From positions 1-32,988 of the IMG/VR virus record IMGVR_UViG_3300016467_000102: a stretch of 32,988 nt of DNA, one strand, 5' to 3'. This DNA is from a virus (Duplodnaviria > Caudoviricetes). The position numbers and the translations under genes are program-made. Below the pieces are notes generated by a model. That model did no database searches, was not told where the DNA came from, and saw only the letters and a program-made list of their open reading frames with translations. Below are positions 1 to 7,151 of this stretch, one piece after another; the stretch's first letter is position 1, and every line of letters starts with the position of its first letter.

Positions 1-173
1 TACATAGAGGGAAGAGAAATAACTTTTCCCTCTTTTTTTGCTTGATTGATTTCGTCTAATAATTTTTGCTCATAATCATTTTCTGGCGATCTGCCGTTAA
101 TGATTTCCATTAGGATCCTCTCTGAATTAGAAAGGCTTTCTGGTTCAAGGTTTCTATTTACTAAAATTTCCAT
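1..173 (-). CDS. Small 57-aa protein missing from the ORF track; candidate immunity/antitoxin for the Zeta-like kinase
   Basis: Hand translation from ATG at 173: MEILVNRNLEPESLSNSERILMEIINGRSPENDYEQKLLDEINQAKKEGKVISLPSM. The stop TAA is completed only if base 32988 joins base 1. Function is inferred from position. Confidence 0.7.
   Translation of the reverse strand, partial: MEILVNRNLEPESLSNSERILMEIINGRSPENDYEQKLLDEINQAKKEGKVISLPSM
6..39 (+). terminator. Intrinsic terminator for the protease-Zeta transcript (across the circular junction)
   Basis: Stem AGAGGGAAGAG (6-16)/CTTTTCCCTCT (23-33), 11 bp with one G-U, loop AAATAA, then T6. Confidence 0.75.
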
Positions 174-177
174 TATT

Positions 178-208
178 TGAATATATAAAATTAAATAGCA
201 ATTTCAAA
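178..208 (-). promoter_or_regulatory. Putative promoter(s) of the 57-aa ORF
   Basis: Minus strand TTTG-N19-TATATTCA, near the Bacteroidota -33/-7 consensus. It also contains TTGCTATTTAAT (190-201), identical to the motif at 3660-3671. Confidence 0.45.
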
Positions 209-211
209 ATT

Positions 212-778
212 TTAAGCATACCAACTGCAATAAACACCTTCTTCTCCTTTATTGTAAATGCTCATAGATCCATGCTCACTTTTTAGGTAATGGTGAGCAT
301 TTCCTCCGCTTACCCAGGCATTGACTTTCTTTACGATCGGATCCCCACAGAAACTATCTTTTACTGGAGCGATTAAGCCAGCCATGCTACTATATCCTTC
401 GCTTGGAACCATCTTGCCATTGATCTCGCGAAGCACAACGCTTTTGTTCTTAACTTCGATCACCTGGTAAAAGTCGATATTTGTTTGCTCATATCCCCAG
501 CTATCGTAGATAATTTGTCCAACCTGGAACGGATTAACCTCAAGCGCTTTCTTTCTCTCTGCCTTTCTTTCTTCTTGATAGGCTTTGATTGCGAATCGAC
601 GGATCAATTCTTTCTCAAGCCAAGTCATCATCTGCTCAGCGTTTCTAAATCTGTAATTGAAAGCAGGCTTTCCATAAATACTTTTAGCTCTCAAGTTTCT
701 TCCTAAAGCTACGTTTCTTTCTAAATCGATTTCAAGACCGACATTAACACTGGCGAATTTGCTGATTAAATTTTTCAT
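212..778 (-). CDS. Early hypothetical protein with SWGYEQTNIDFYQV motif
   Basis: 188-aa ORF in the leftward early cassette. The VG.I.Y.SWGY(D/E)QTN.DFYQV motif is familiar from phage/plasmid hypothetical proteins; function unknown. Confidence 0.8.
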   Translation of the reverse strand: MKNLISKFASVNVGLEIDLERNVALGRNLRAKSIYGKPAFNYRFRNAEQMMTWLEKELIRRFAIKAYQEERKAERKKALEVNPFQVGQIIYDSWGYEQTNIDFYQVIEVKNKSVVLREINGKMVPSEGYSSMAGLIAPVKDSFCGDPIVKKVNAWVSGGNAHHYLKSEHGSMSIYNKGEEGVYCSWYA

Positions 779-798
779 GGGATTAGATGTTTAAAAGA

Positions 799-885
799 TT
801 AAAGACTGATTCTTCCGTTTCTTTGAACTAGATCATTCAAGATCAACTGGACAACAAGGGCAAGGGCAATTACGAAATAAATCAT
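799..885 (-). CDS. 28-aa membrane micropeptide (not in ORF track)
   Basis: MIYFVIALALVVQLILNDLVQRNGRISL*; first ATG downstream of the promoter box at 926-933; hydrophobic N-terminal helix. Confidence 0.55.
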   Translation of the reverse strand: MIYFVIALALVVQLILNDLVQRNGRISL

Positions 886-913
886 TTTTCAAGGGGTTTA
901 GATTAGTAGCACA

Positions 914-977
914 CTGACTACATATCAAAGGTAATAAAAGATTTCATAAATAAAAATCTTTTTTAAACTTTTTTTCT
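914..977 (-). promoter_or_regulatory. Early host-sigma promoter, copy 1
   Basis: Minus-strand -7 box TACCTTTG (926-933), upstream AGAAAAAAAGTTTAAAAAA tract (959-977), and CTGACTACATATCAAA (914-929) repeated at 1299-1314. Confidence 0.75.
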
Positions 978-981
978 AGGG

Positions 982-1269
982 CTAACAATTAGCTTGCCCT
1001 AGAATTTCTTCAAGTTCTCCAGCTTCAATTAACTGGAATATTTTTTTTAAATTTTCAAGTTGATACATTGTGTAGACAATTTTAAGACTTAGTTTATGAT
1101 TTCCTTTGCTTTTAATCATTGCAGTAGCGTAAGAGTCAGCCATGCTAGGTTCTAACCAGTTTAGGATTTTGATCTGATTTTCATTAAGTCCAGCGCGATC
1201 CATTTTGTGAGCATTAAGGAAAGCATTGTAAGCGGCCCCGTAGGCGATTTCTTTTAATTGAGCATTCAT
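982..1269 (-). CDS. Early hypothetical protein
   Basis: 95-aa ORF directly downstream of promoter copy 2. Confidence 0.7.
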   Translation of the reverse strand: MNAQLKEIAYGAAYNAFLNAHKMDRAGLNENQIKILNWLEPSMADSYATAMIKSKGNHKLSLKIVYTMYQLENLKKIFQLIEAGELEEILGQANC

Positions 1270-1298
1270 GATTTTTATTGTTTAGATGTTCTGTCGTT

Positions 1299-1361
1299 CT
1301 GACTACATATCAAAAATACAAAAGTAATTTATAATAAAAAACTTTTTTAAACTTTTTTTCT
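1299..1361 (-). promoter_or_regulatory. Early host-sigma promoter, copy 2
   Basis: Minus-strand -7 box TATTTTTG (1311-1318), same 19-bp A-tract element (1343-1361) and same 16-bp block as copy 1. Confidence 0.75.
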
Positions 1362-1386
1362 ATAAAGTATAAACTTTTTTTTCTGG

Positions 1387-1396
1387 GGTATTTATA
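1387..1396 (+). promoter_or_regulatory. Putative late promoter motif
   Basis: GGTATTTATA, a variant of GCTATTTATA found before several structural operons; 25 nt before the scaffold ATG. Confidence 0.5.
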
Positions 1397-1421
1397 AGCA
1401 AAGTAAAAAACCAAAATAAAA

Positions 1422-2015
1422 ATGACGGTAAAAGAAGGAATCGAAAAAATCCGCTTGATGCTGGCTTCAGAATTTGAAGTAGATCAGGTAGAGACTAGCG
1501 AACCAGAGGCACCAGTCGCAGAATTAGCTTTTGAAACTTACGATCTTAAAGACGGATCTAAGATTGACTTGAGCGGTTTAGAGATTGGAGCTGAAGCGAG
1601 CTTAGTGGATGAAAGCGGTAATTCATCTCCCGCACCAGATGGCGAGTTTGAATTAGTAGACGGTACTATGATCACGGTCGTAGGAGGTAAGGTAGAAGGC
1701 ATTGAGACACCTCAGGCAGAAGCTGAACCTATTGAAGCACCAGAGGCAGAGATGCCAATGGAATCGGACAAGTTCGAAGAAATGAACGGAAGCATCTCAT
1801 CTCTACAAGCAGAGAATGAAGCTTTAAAAGCGAAGATCGCATCGATCGAGGGTAAATTCTCTCAAGCGATCAATGATCTTTCTGACGTAGTTTTAGGACT
1901 TGCTTCAACTCCAGGCGCTGGTCCTATCCAAGCACCTAAAAATTCTTTTTCTCAAGTAGAAAAAAGAGAGGAAAAAATCGACAGATTTCTTTCAAAAATT
2001 AAAAATTTAAAATAA
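1422..2015 (+). CDS. Capsid scaffolding protein (putative)
   Basis: Very acidic, PDGEFELVDGTMITVVGGKV motif, C-terminal coiled coil, directly upstream of the capsid gene. Confidence 0.7.
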   Translation: MTVKEGIEKIRLMLASEFEVDQVETSEPEAPVAELAFETYDLKDGSKIDLSGLEIGAEASLVDESGNSSPAPDGEFELVDGTMITVVGGKVEGIETPQAEAEPIEAPEAEMPMESDKFEEMNGSISSLQAENEALKAKIASIEGKFSQAINDLSDVVLGLASTPGAGPIQAPKNSFSQVEKREEKIDRFLSKIKNLK

Positions 2016-2035
2016 CAATTTAACAAACAAAAAAG

Positions 2036-2998
2036 ATGGCATTTGTAGTATCTTCATTGGCTAATTATACAGAAGAGAACGCTACCCAATTAGTAGCTTC
2101 ATCTGTATTAGGTGCAAAAACAATCTCTTTGATCAAGGATCAAGGAAACGTAATGCTTGGCGTAAAATCTGCTGAGACGGTTAATATCATGGACACTGAC
2201 GCGTTCTTCCAAGATGGATCATCTTGCGGATTCAACGCTTCAGGTACAACTACTTTTACTCAACGTACTTTAACGGTAGGTAAAATCAAGGTAAACGAGG
2301 CTTTATGTCCAAAAGATTTAGAAGCTAAGTATTTACAGAAGGCATTGCCTGCTGGTTCTTCTTACGATTCAACGGTTTTCGCTGCTGAGTACTCACAACG
2401 TAAGGCTGACAAAATCGCTTCTCAATTAGAGATCGCAGTTTGGCAAGGTGACACAGCATCTGCAAACGGTAACTTAAACAAGTTTGATGGCTTTGCTAAG
2501 TTAATCGCTGCTGCTTCTGCTTCAGTAATCCATGCTAACACGACTACTTACTACGGTACTCCTTTAGCTGCTTCTGCTGGTATCACTACTTCAAACGTGA
2601 TCGCAGTAATCGACGCAGTTTACAAGGCATTACCTGCTGAGATCGTAGCTAAAGATGATGCGACTATCTTCGTAGGAATGGACGTATTCCGTACTTACAC
2701 AATCGCATTGAAGAACGCGAACTTATTCGCTTACAACTTCGACGGAAAGGCAGATTCTGAATTGATGCTTCCAGGAACTACTATCAAAGTGGTAGCGGTA
2801 CAAGGTTTGAACGGAACTTCTAAGATCTACGGTGGTCGCGTTTCTAATATGTTCTATGGAACTGACTTATTAGATGAGCAAGAGCGTTTCGAATTGTTCT
2901 TTGCTAAAGAAGCTGATCAAGTTCGCTTCGTAGCTGAGTTCAAGGCTGGCGTTCAAATCGCTTTCCCTGCTGAGATGGTAGATTTCATCTTAGCTTAA
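2036..2998 (+). CDS. Major capsid protein
   Basis: 320 aa, strongly biased high-expression codon usage, follows the scaffold; CP.DLE..Y and EIAVWQGD...N.NKFDG motifs typical of Bacteroidota phage capsids. Confidence 0.85.
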   Translation: MAFVVSSLANYTEENATQLVASSVLGAKTISLIKDQGNVMLGVKSAETVNIMDTDAFFQDGSSCGFNASGTTTFTQRTLTVGKIKVNEALCPKDLEAKYLQKALPAGSSYDSTVFAAEYSQRKADKIASQLEIAVWQGDTASANGNLNKFDGFAKLIAAASASVIHANTTTYYGTPLAASAGITTSNVIAVIDAVYKALPAEIVAKDDATIFVGMDVFRTYTIALKNANLFAYNFDGKADSELMLPGTTIKVVAVQGLNGTSKIYGGRVSNMFYGTDLLDEQERFELFFAKEADQVRFVAEFKAGVQIAFPAEMVDFILA

Positions 2999-3015
2999 TT
3001 CTTACCAATAAGTTC

Positions 3016-3050
3016 GGGGAGCTTCCTTTGGATAGGACTCCCCTAATTTT
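3016..3050 (+). terminator. Hairpin after capsid gene (partial terminator or stabiliser)
   Basis: GGGGAG..TCCT/AGGA.CTCCCC stem followed by TAATTTT. Confidence 0.55.
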
Positions 3051-3071
3051 AACCTTTTAAATTTAAAAATA

Positions 3072-3584
3072 ATGGCTTGCGCATTAACTCAAGGATATTC
3101 CTTAGATTGCAGAGATTCATTAGGCGGAATCACGGAAGTGTATTTCATTGAAAAAGGGAACGTATCTAGCACGACTGAGGCGAGCGGTGTGATCACTGCA
3201 ATCACTAAGGGAAGCGGTAAGGTTTTTAGAAAATATGAATTAGTTCCAGGAACTTCTTCTTTGACTGAGAACATCAACGCTAACGTACAGAACGGAACCG
3301 TATTCTACGCTCAAGAATTATCAATCATTCTTAACAAATTGCAAGCTAACACAAGAAACGAAATTCTTTTGTTAGCACAGAACACTTTACTTGCGGTTGT
3401 TGGTGACAATAACGGCAAATACTGGTTCTTAGGTAAGGTCCACGGATTGAACCTATCAGGTGGTAATGGTGCAACGGGAACGGCTCAAGGAGATCGCTCT
3501 GGTTATACATTAACATTCTCAGCTTCTGAGTCTTCATTGGCTCCAGAGGTAGCTTCAAACATTATCGCAGGATTAACTGCTTAA
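3072..3584 (+). CDS. Major tail tube protein (putative)
   Basis: 170 aa starting MAC.LT.G..LDC.DS.GGI..VYF, with C-terminal G...GD.SGYTLTF; high-expression codons. Confidence 0.7.
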   Translation: MACALTQGYSLDCRDSLGGITEVYFIEKGNVSSTTEASGVITAITKGSGKVFRKYELVPGTSSLTENINANVQNGTVFYAQELSIILNKLQANTRNEILLLAQNTLLAVVGDNNGKYWFLGKVHGLNLSGGNGATGTAQGDRSGYTLTFSASESSLAPEVASNIIAGLTA

Positions 3585-3609
3585 TTAGATAGTCGTTTGG
3601 TTAGACGGG

Positions 3610-3637
3610 GAGGGGGCGAAAGCCTCCTCTTTTTTTT
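3610..3637 (+). terminator. Intrinsic terminator
   Basis: GAGGGGGC-GAAA-GCCTCCTC followed by T8. Confidence 0.9.
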
Positions 3638-3659
3638 GTTTAATAAAATAATTAATCCT

Positions 3660-3671
3660 TTGCTATTTAAT
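3660..3671 (+). promoter_or_regulatory. Putative late promoter motif
   Basis: TTGCTATTTAAT immediately after a terminator and 4 nt before ATG 3676. Confidence 0.55.
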
Positions 3672-3675
3672 ATCG

Positions 3676-4062
3676 ATGATTCACTTTACTAAAGGACAAA
3701 CACAAAAAGTAATTTTAACCTTGAAGGAAAAACAAACTCTTTCAAGTCCTAATTATTTGTTTTATTTCACGTCCAGAGTGACTGATCTTAGTGTCGCTTT
3801 CGTAGTCCTTGGATCCAGTGATCTATCTGGATTTAAGGACCGTTACAATGAGTTTGACATAGTAGTCAATACACATTTTGCGAACGTGACAAGTGGTGAA
3901 TTTAACTATTCGATCTACGAACAGATTTCGAGCTCGAATCTAGATCCTGCTTTAGCCACTGGGCTAGTGGAATCTGGACAGATGTCCTTAAAGAATTCGA
4001 CTGAATTTGAATATACCACATACAACCAAACGAATAACACTTACAAGGTTCGCGATATATGA
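3676..4062 (+). CDS. Virion-module protein of unknown function
   Basis: 128 aa, beta-rich, translationally coupled to the portal gene (4-nt ATGA overlap). Confidence 0.7.
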   Translation: MIHFTKGQTQKVILTLKEKQTLSSPNYLFYFTSRVTDLSVAFVVLGSSDLSGFKDRYNEFDIVVNTHFANVTSGEFNYSIYEQISSSNLDPALATGLVESGQMSLKNSTEFEYTTYNQTNNTYKVRDI

Positions 4063-6035
4063 GCAATACCAATTTTTTAAATGTCCTAACCTTCGCAGAA
4101 GCAAGGCAGCCAGAATACTCTGAGAAAAAAGGAGAGAATGGTGGATACATTGAATTCGGAAAAAAGAACGATTACCCTAATTACCTGGTCGATCTATTTA
4201 GCAAATCTGCTAAGCACAATGCGATCGTAAAAAGCAAGGTAAATTATATTACTGGAAACGGATTCAAGCCAGTAGATGAGAACGATCAGGTCGCTCAGGA
4301 GTTTATCGATAAGCCTAACCCGTTTGAATCCTTAAATGACATTCTAAAAAAGGTATCGACAGACGTCGAGATCTTTGGAGGTGCTTATCTTCAAGTTATC
4401 TGGAGCCAAACTGGTGGTCAGATTTCGGAGATTTATCACCTGGATTATACTAAGGTCCGCACAAATGAAGATAATACACAATTCTGGTATAGCGAAAACT
4501 GGCAAGACAATAAATATAAGCGCTCTATTTACAACGCTTTTAACGATAAATTGCCAGTAGGAACACAGATTTTGTACCTAAAAGAGTACCGTCCAAACCT
4601 TTCTGCTTATTCATTGCCTGGTTATTTAGGTGCTTTGAACTATATCGAGTCAGACATCGAGGTGTCTAAGCACGTTTTAGGCAATGCACAGACTGGATTC
4701 AGTGCTTCTAAATTGATCACGCTTCCTAATGGTGAGCCACAAGACGAAGAAAAACGCCAGGTAGAGCGTAAATTTACTGATCGTTTCTCTGGATCTGATG
4801 GTAAAAAGTTTATTCTTTCCTTCGTGAATGATGCTTCAAGAAAGCCGATCATTGAGGATCTAGGAGCTTCCGATATTACTAAGGAAGATTTTGCTAATGT
4901 CGATAAGATCATTGAGAAAAACGTGTATGCTGGACACCAGATCACATCTCCTGATTTATTTGGTATTGCTACACCTGGTCAGCTAGGATCACGCCAGCAA
5001 ATGCGCGATTCTTACGAGATCTTCAAAAACACTTACGTCAATGATAAGCAAATATATCAAGAACAAGTATTCAGTCTACTTGCCAAACTACGCGGTGCTA
5101 ATGACGGGCTACAAATAATTCCAGTCGAGCCGATCGGCATGGAGTTCTCTGAAGCTACGATCGCTCAAAACTTGACTAAAGATGAGATCCGCGAGAAACT
5201 TGGAGCTCCTAAGCTAGAAGCGAAAACTTCTGGAACTTCTCAGGATGTGATCGACGCGATTAATAGCTTATCGCCTTTAGTAGCGAATAAAGTTCTTGAG
5301 TCAATGACACCAAATGAGGTCCGCGCTTTGGTTGGCTTAGGTGCTGAGCAAGGTGGATCTGAACTTGATGGTGCACCAGTACAAGCTGGCGCTTTTAAGT
5401 TTAGCGAAGACGATGTAATCTCGATCTTCGATCAGTTTGGAGAGAGCAAATCTAATTACTCCATATTTCGCACAAGAGACGCGTTCTCTGCCATGCCTAA
5501 TGACTTAGAGGAGACGATGAATTTAGACTTTGCTACACAAGAATTAACGCGTCTAGAAGCGAATGTCTTGGACCTGATCCAGAAGGATAAAAGAATCACT
5601 CCAGAGATCATCGCTGGAACCGTTAAGACGGATCTAGGGATCATCAATAAAATTATGGATAGCTTGGAAGAGCGCGGATTGATCAAGTCCACAAATGTAA
5701 AGGGAACCGTCGAGAGAATCTTGACTTCTCCCCTATCTGAGATCACTGACACTAAGCCATCAACTAAGAGCTTCATGGTCCGCTATTCTTACGAGTGGAG
5801 ATCATCGATCCCAGTAGGACAGAGAAATACTAGCGCACATCCTAGCCGTCAATTCTGCGCTCGATTGATGCAATTAGATAAACTTTATACCAGGGCAGAG
5901 ATCGAAGCGATCAGTTTGCGCCTAGGTTATTCAGTGTTTGATCGTAGAGGTGGCTGGTGGACAATGCCAAACGGAGAACATTCTCCTTCTTGCCGTCACG
6001 TCTGGGCTTCTCAGGTAGTAATTAAAAAAGACTAA
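4059..6035 (+). CDS. Portal protein with C-terminal winged-HTH and MuF/head-morphogenesis-like extensions
   Basis: Portal motifs (FG.KNDYP.YL, S.KHNAIV.SK..YI.GNG, GHQITSP.LFGI). wHTH-like segment at ~aa 495-555. C-terminal SR.FC...GG...P.CRH.W segment. Confidence 0.8.
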   Translation: MSNTNFLNVLTFAEARQPEYSEKKGENGGYIEFGKKNDYPNYLVDLFSKSAKHNAIVKSKVNYITGNGFKPVDENDQVAQEFIDKPNPFESLNDILKKVSTDVEIFGGAYLQVIWSQTGGQISEIYHLDYTKVRTNEDNTQFWYSENWQDNKYKRSIYNAFNDKLPVGTQILYLKEYRPNLSAYSLPGYLGALNYIESDIEVSKHVLGNAQTGFSASKLITLPNGEPQDEEKRQVERKFTDRFSGSDGKKFILSFVNDASRKPIIEDLGASDITKEDFANVDKIIEKNVYAGHQITSPDLFGIATPGQLGSRQQMRDSYEIFKNTYVNDKQIYQEQVFSLLAKLRGANDGLQIIPVEPIGMEFSEATIAQNLTKDEIREKLGAPKLEAKTSGTSQDVIDAINSLSPLVANKVLESMTPNEVRALVGLGAEQGGSELDGAPVQAGAFKFSEDDVISIFDQFGESKSNYSIFRTRDAFSAMPNDLEETMNLDFATQELTRLEANVLDLIQKDKRITPEIIAGTVKTDLGIINKIMDSLEERGLIKSTNVKGTVERILTSPLSEITDTKPSTKSFMVRYSYEWRSSIPVGQRNTSAHPSRQFCARLMQLDKLYTRAEIEAISLRLGYSVFDRRGGWWTMPNGEHSPSCRHVWASQVVIKKD

Positions 6036-6038
6036 GGA

Positions 6039-6620
6039 ATGAAAAATATCTGCTTTATAAACGTAAACACGATCAAGGAAAGATCAGCGCTTCATTCGAA
6101 CGTCGATGATAAATTAATCCTTCCAGAGATTTTGACGGCACAAGACATGTATATCTTGCCTGCTTTAGGATCTGCTTTATACGATCGATTGCAGGATGGG
6201 ATTGATAATAATAATCTGACGGCAGACGAGGTGGATTTATTAGATAATTTCATCACAAACGCCTTAGTTTATTACACGCTTTCTGAGCTTCCAGTGGGAT
6301 TGTCTTATCAGTTTTATAACAAAGGATTAATCAGAAAGACAAGCGACAACACAGACACGCCAAACATGCAAGATCTGATAGATGTGGCTAACAGATATCG
6401 CACACGCGCTGAGTTTTACACAGAGAGATTGATCAAGCACCTAAAGCAGGTATCATCTACTTCTGATAAGTTCCAGGAATATGTGAACTACGGATCAGGT
6501 GTGGATATTATCAAGCCAGAACGCGACGCTTACAAAGCTTCGATCTGGTTAGGTGATGACTGCGGATGTGTACCGATGAGCTTCGAGGAAAGATACCAGG
6601 GAGAGAATGGTCTCTGCTAA
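6039..6620 (+). CDS. Head-tail adaptor-like protein (putative)
   Basis: 193 aa, helical, follows the portal; AQD.YI.P.LG..LY..L motif. Confidence 0.55.
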   Translation: MKNICFINVNTIKERSALHSNVDDKLILPEILTAQDMYILPALGSALYDRLQDGIDNNNLTADEVDLLDNFITNALVYYTLSELPVGLSYQFYNKGLIRKTSDNTDTPNMQDLIDVANRYRTRAEFYTERLIKHLKQVSSTSDKFQEYVNYGSGVDIIKPERDAYKASIWLGDDCGCVPMSFEERYQGENGLC

Positions 6621-6631
6621 AAAATAAAAAG

Positions 6632-6745
6632 ATGCCGAAAGCGTATAGCACAAAAAACATAAAAAAACTCCAGGTTTACCTGGCTACCCAAACAAATGGC
6701 AATCAAGCAACTGACATTAAATCAAACAATCAAACTAATAAGTGA
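6632..6745 (+). CDS. Possible 37-aa basic peptide overlapping the next gene
   Basis: MPKAYSTKNIKKLQVYLATQTNGNQATDIKSNNQTNK*; ATG follows an A-rich leader and fills the 6621-6695 gap. Confidence 0.4.
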   Translation: MPKAYSTKNIKKLQVYLATQTNGNQATDIKSNNQTNK

Positions 6746-7151
6746 TTTAGGCTCCGCACACGAGCAGATAAACACGGTTTACTTTGGTGATATTTGGGAG
6801 TTCTTAAAGACTGACAATACCTATCCAGCGATGTTCTATTCATTGACTGGATCGTCGATCTCTGGTAAACAATTAAATTTAGATTTCTCTCTGTTCTTCC
6901 TGGATCGTCAATTACAAGACGAGTCGAATGAAAATGAGGTCCTTTCTGATCAGTTATTGATCGCGCAGGATATCATCTCAATGATGCGCTATCCTAAATT
7001 TGACTGGGAGATTGGCGATCAGGTGACGATGGAATTCTTTACAGAAAAAGAGGAGGACTACCTGGCAGGAGTAAAGGCAGATGTGACCGTTTCCTTCCCG
7101 ATGTTATCAGACAGATGTCAAGTTCCAACAGATTTTAATTATCCTAACTAA
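6696..7151 (+). CDS. Tail terminator/completion-like protein (putative)
   Basis: 151 aa, acidic, YP.M motif, alpha/beta pattern, sits in the neck gene cluster. Confidence 0.5.
   Translation: MAIKQLTLNQTIKLISDLGSAHEQINTVYFGDIWEFLKTDNTYPAMFYSLTGSSISGKQLNLDFSLFFLDRQLQDESNENEVLSDQLLIAQDIISMMRYPKFDWEIGDQVTMEFFTEKEEDYLAGVKADVTVSFPMLSDRCQVPTDFNYPN

Noticed and set aside
485-706. Plus-strand 73-aa ORF and other short ORFs antisense or out of frame within long genes (e.g. 3089, 3346, 3902, 4375, 4640, 5456, 9328, 10968, 26435, 29971, 32036, 32393)
   Set aside because: They overlap well-supported genes, lack recognisable motifs or leaders, and read as shadow ORFs.
914-1361. Repeated blocks as a CRISPR or guide-RNA array
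   Set aside because: Only two or three copies, widely spaced by genes, and they coincide with promoter boxes.
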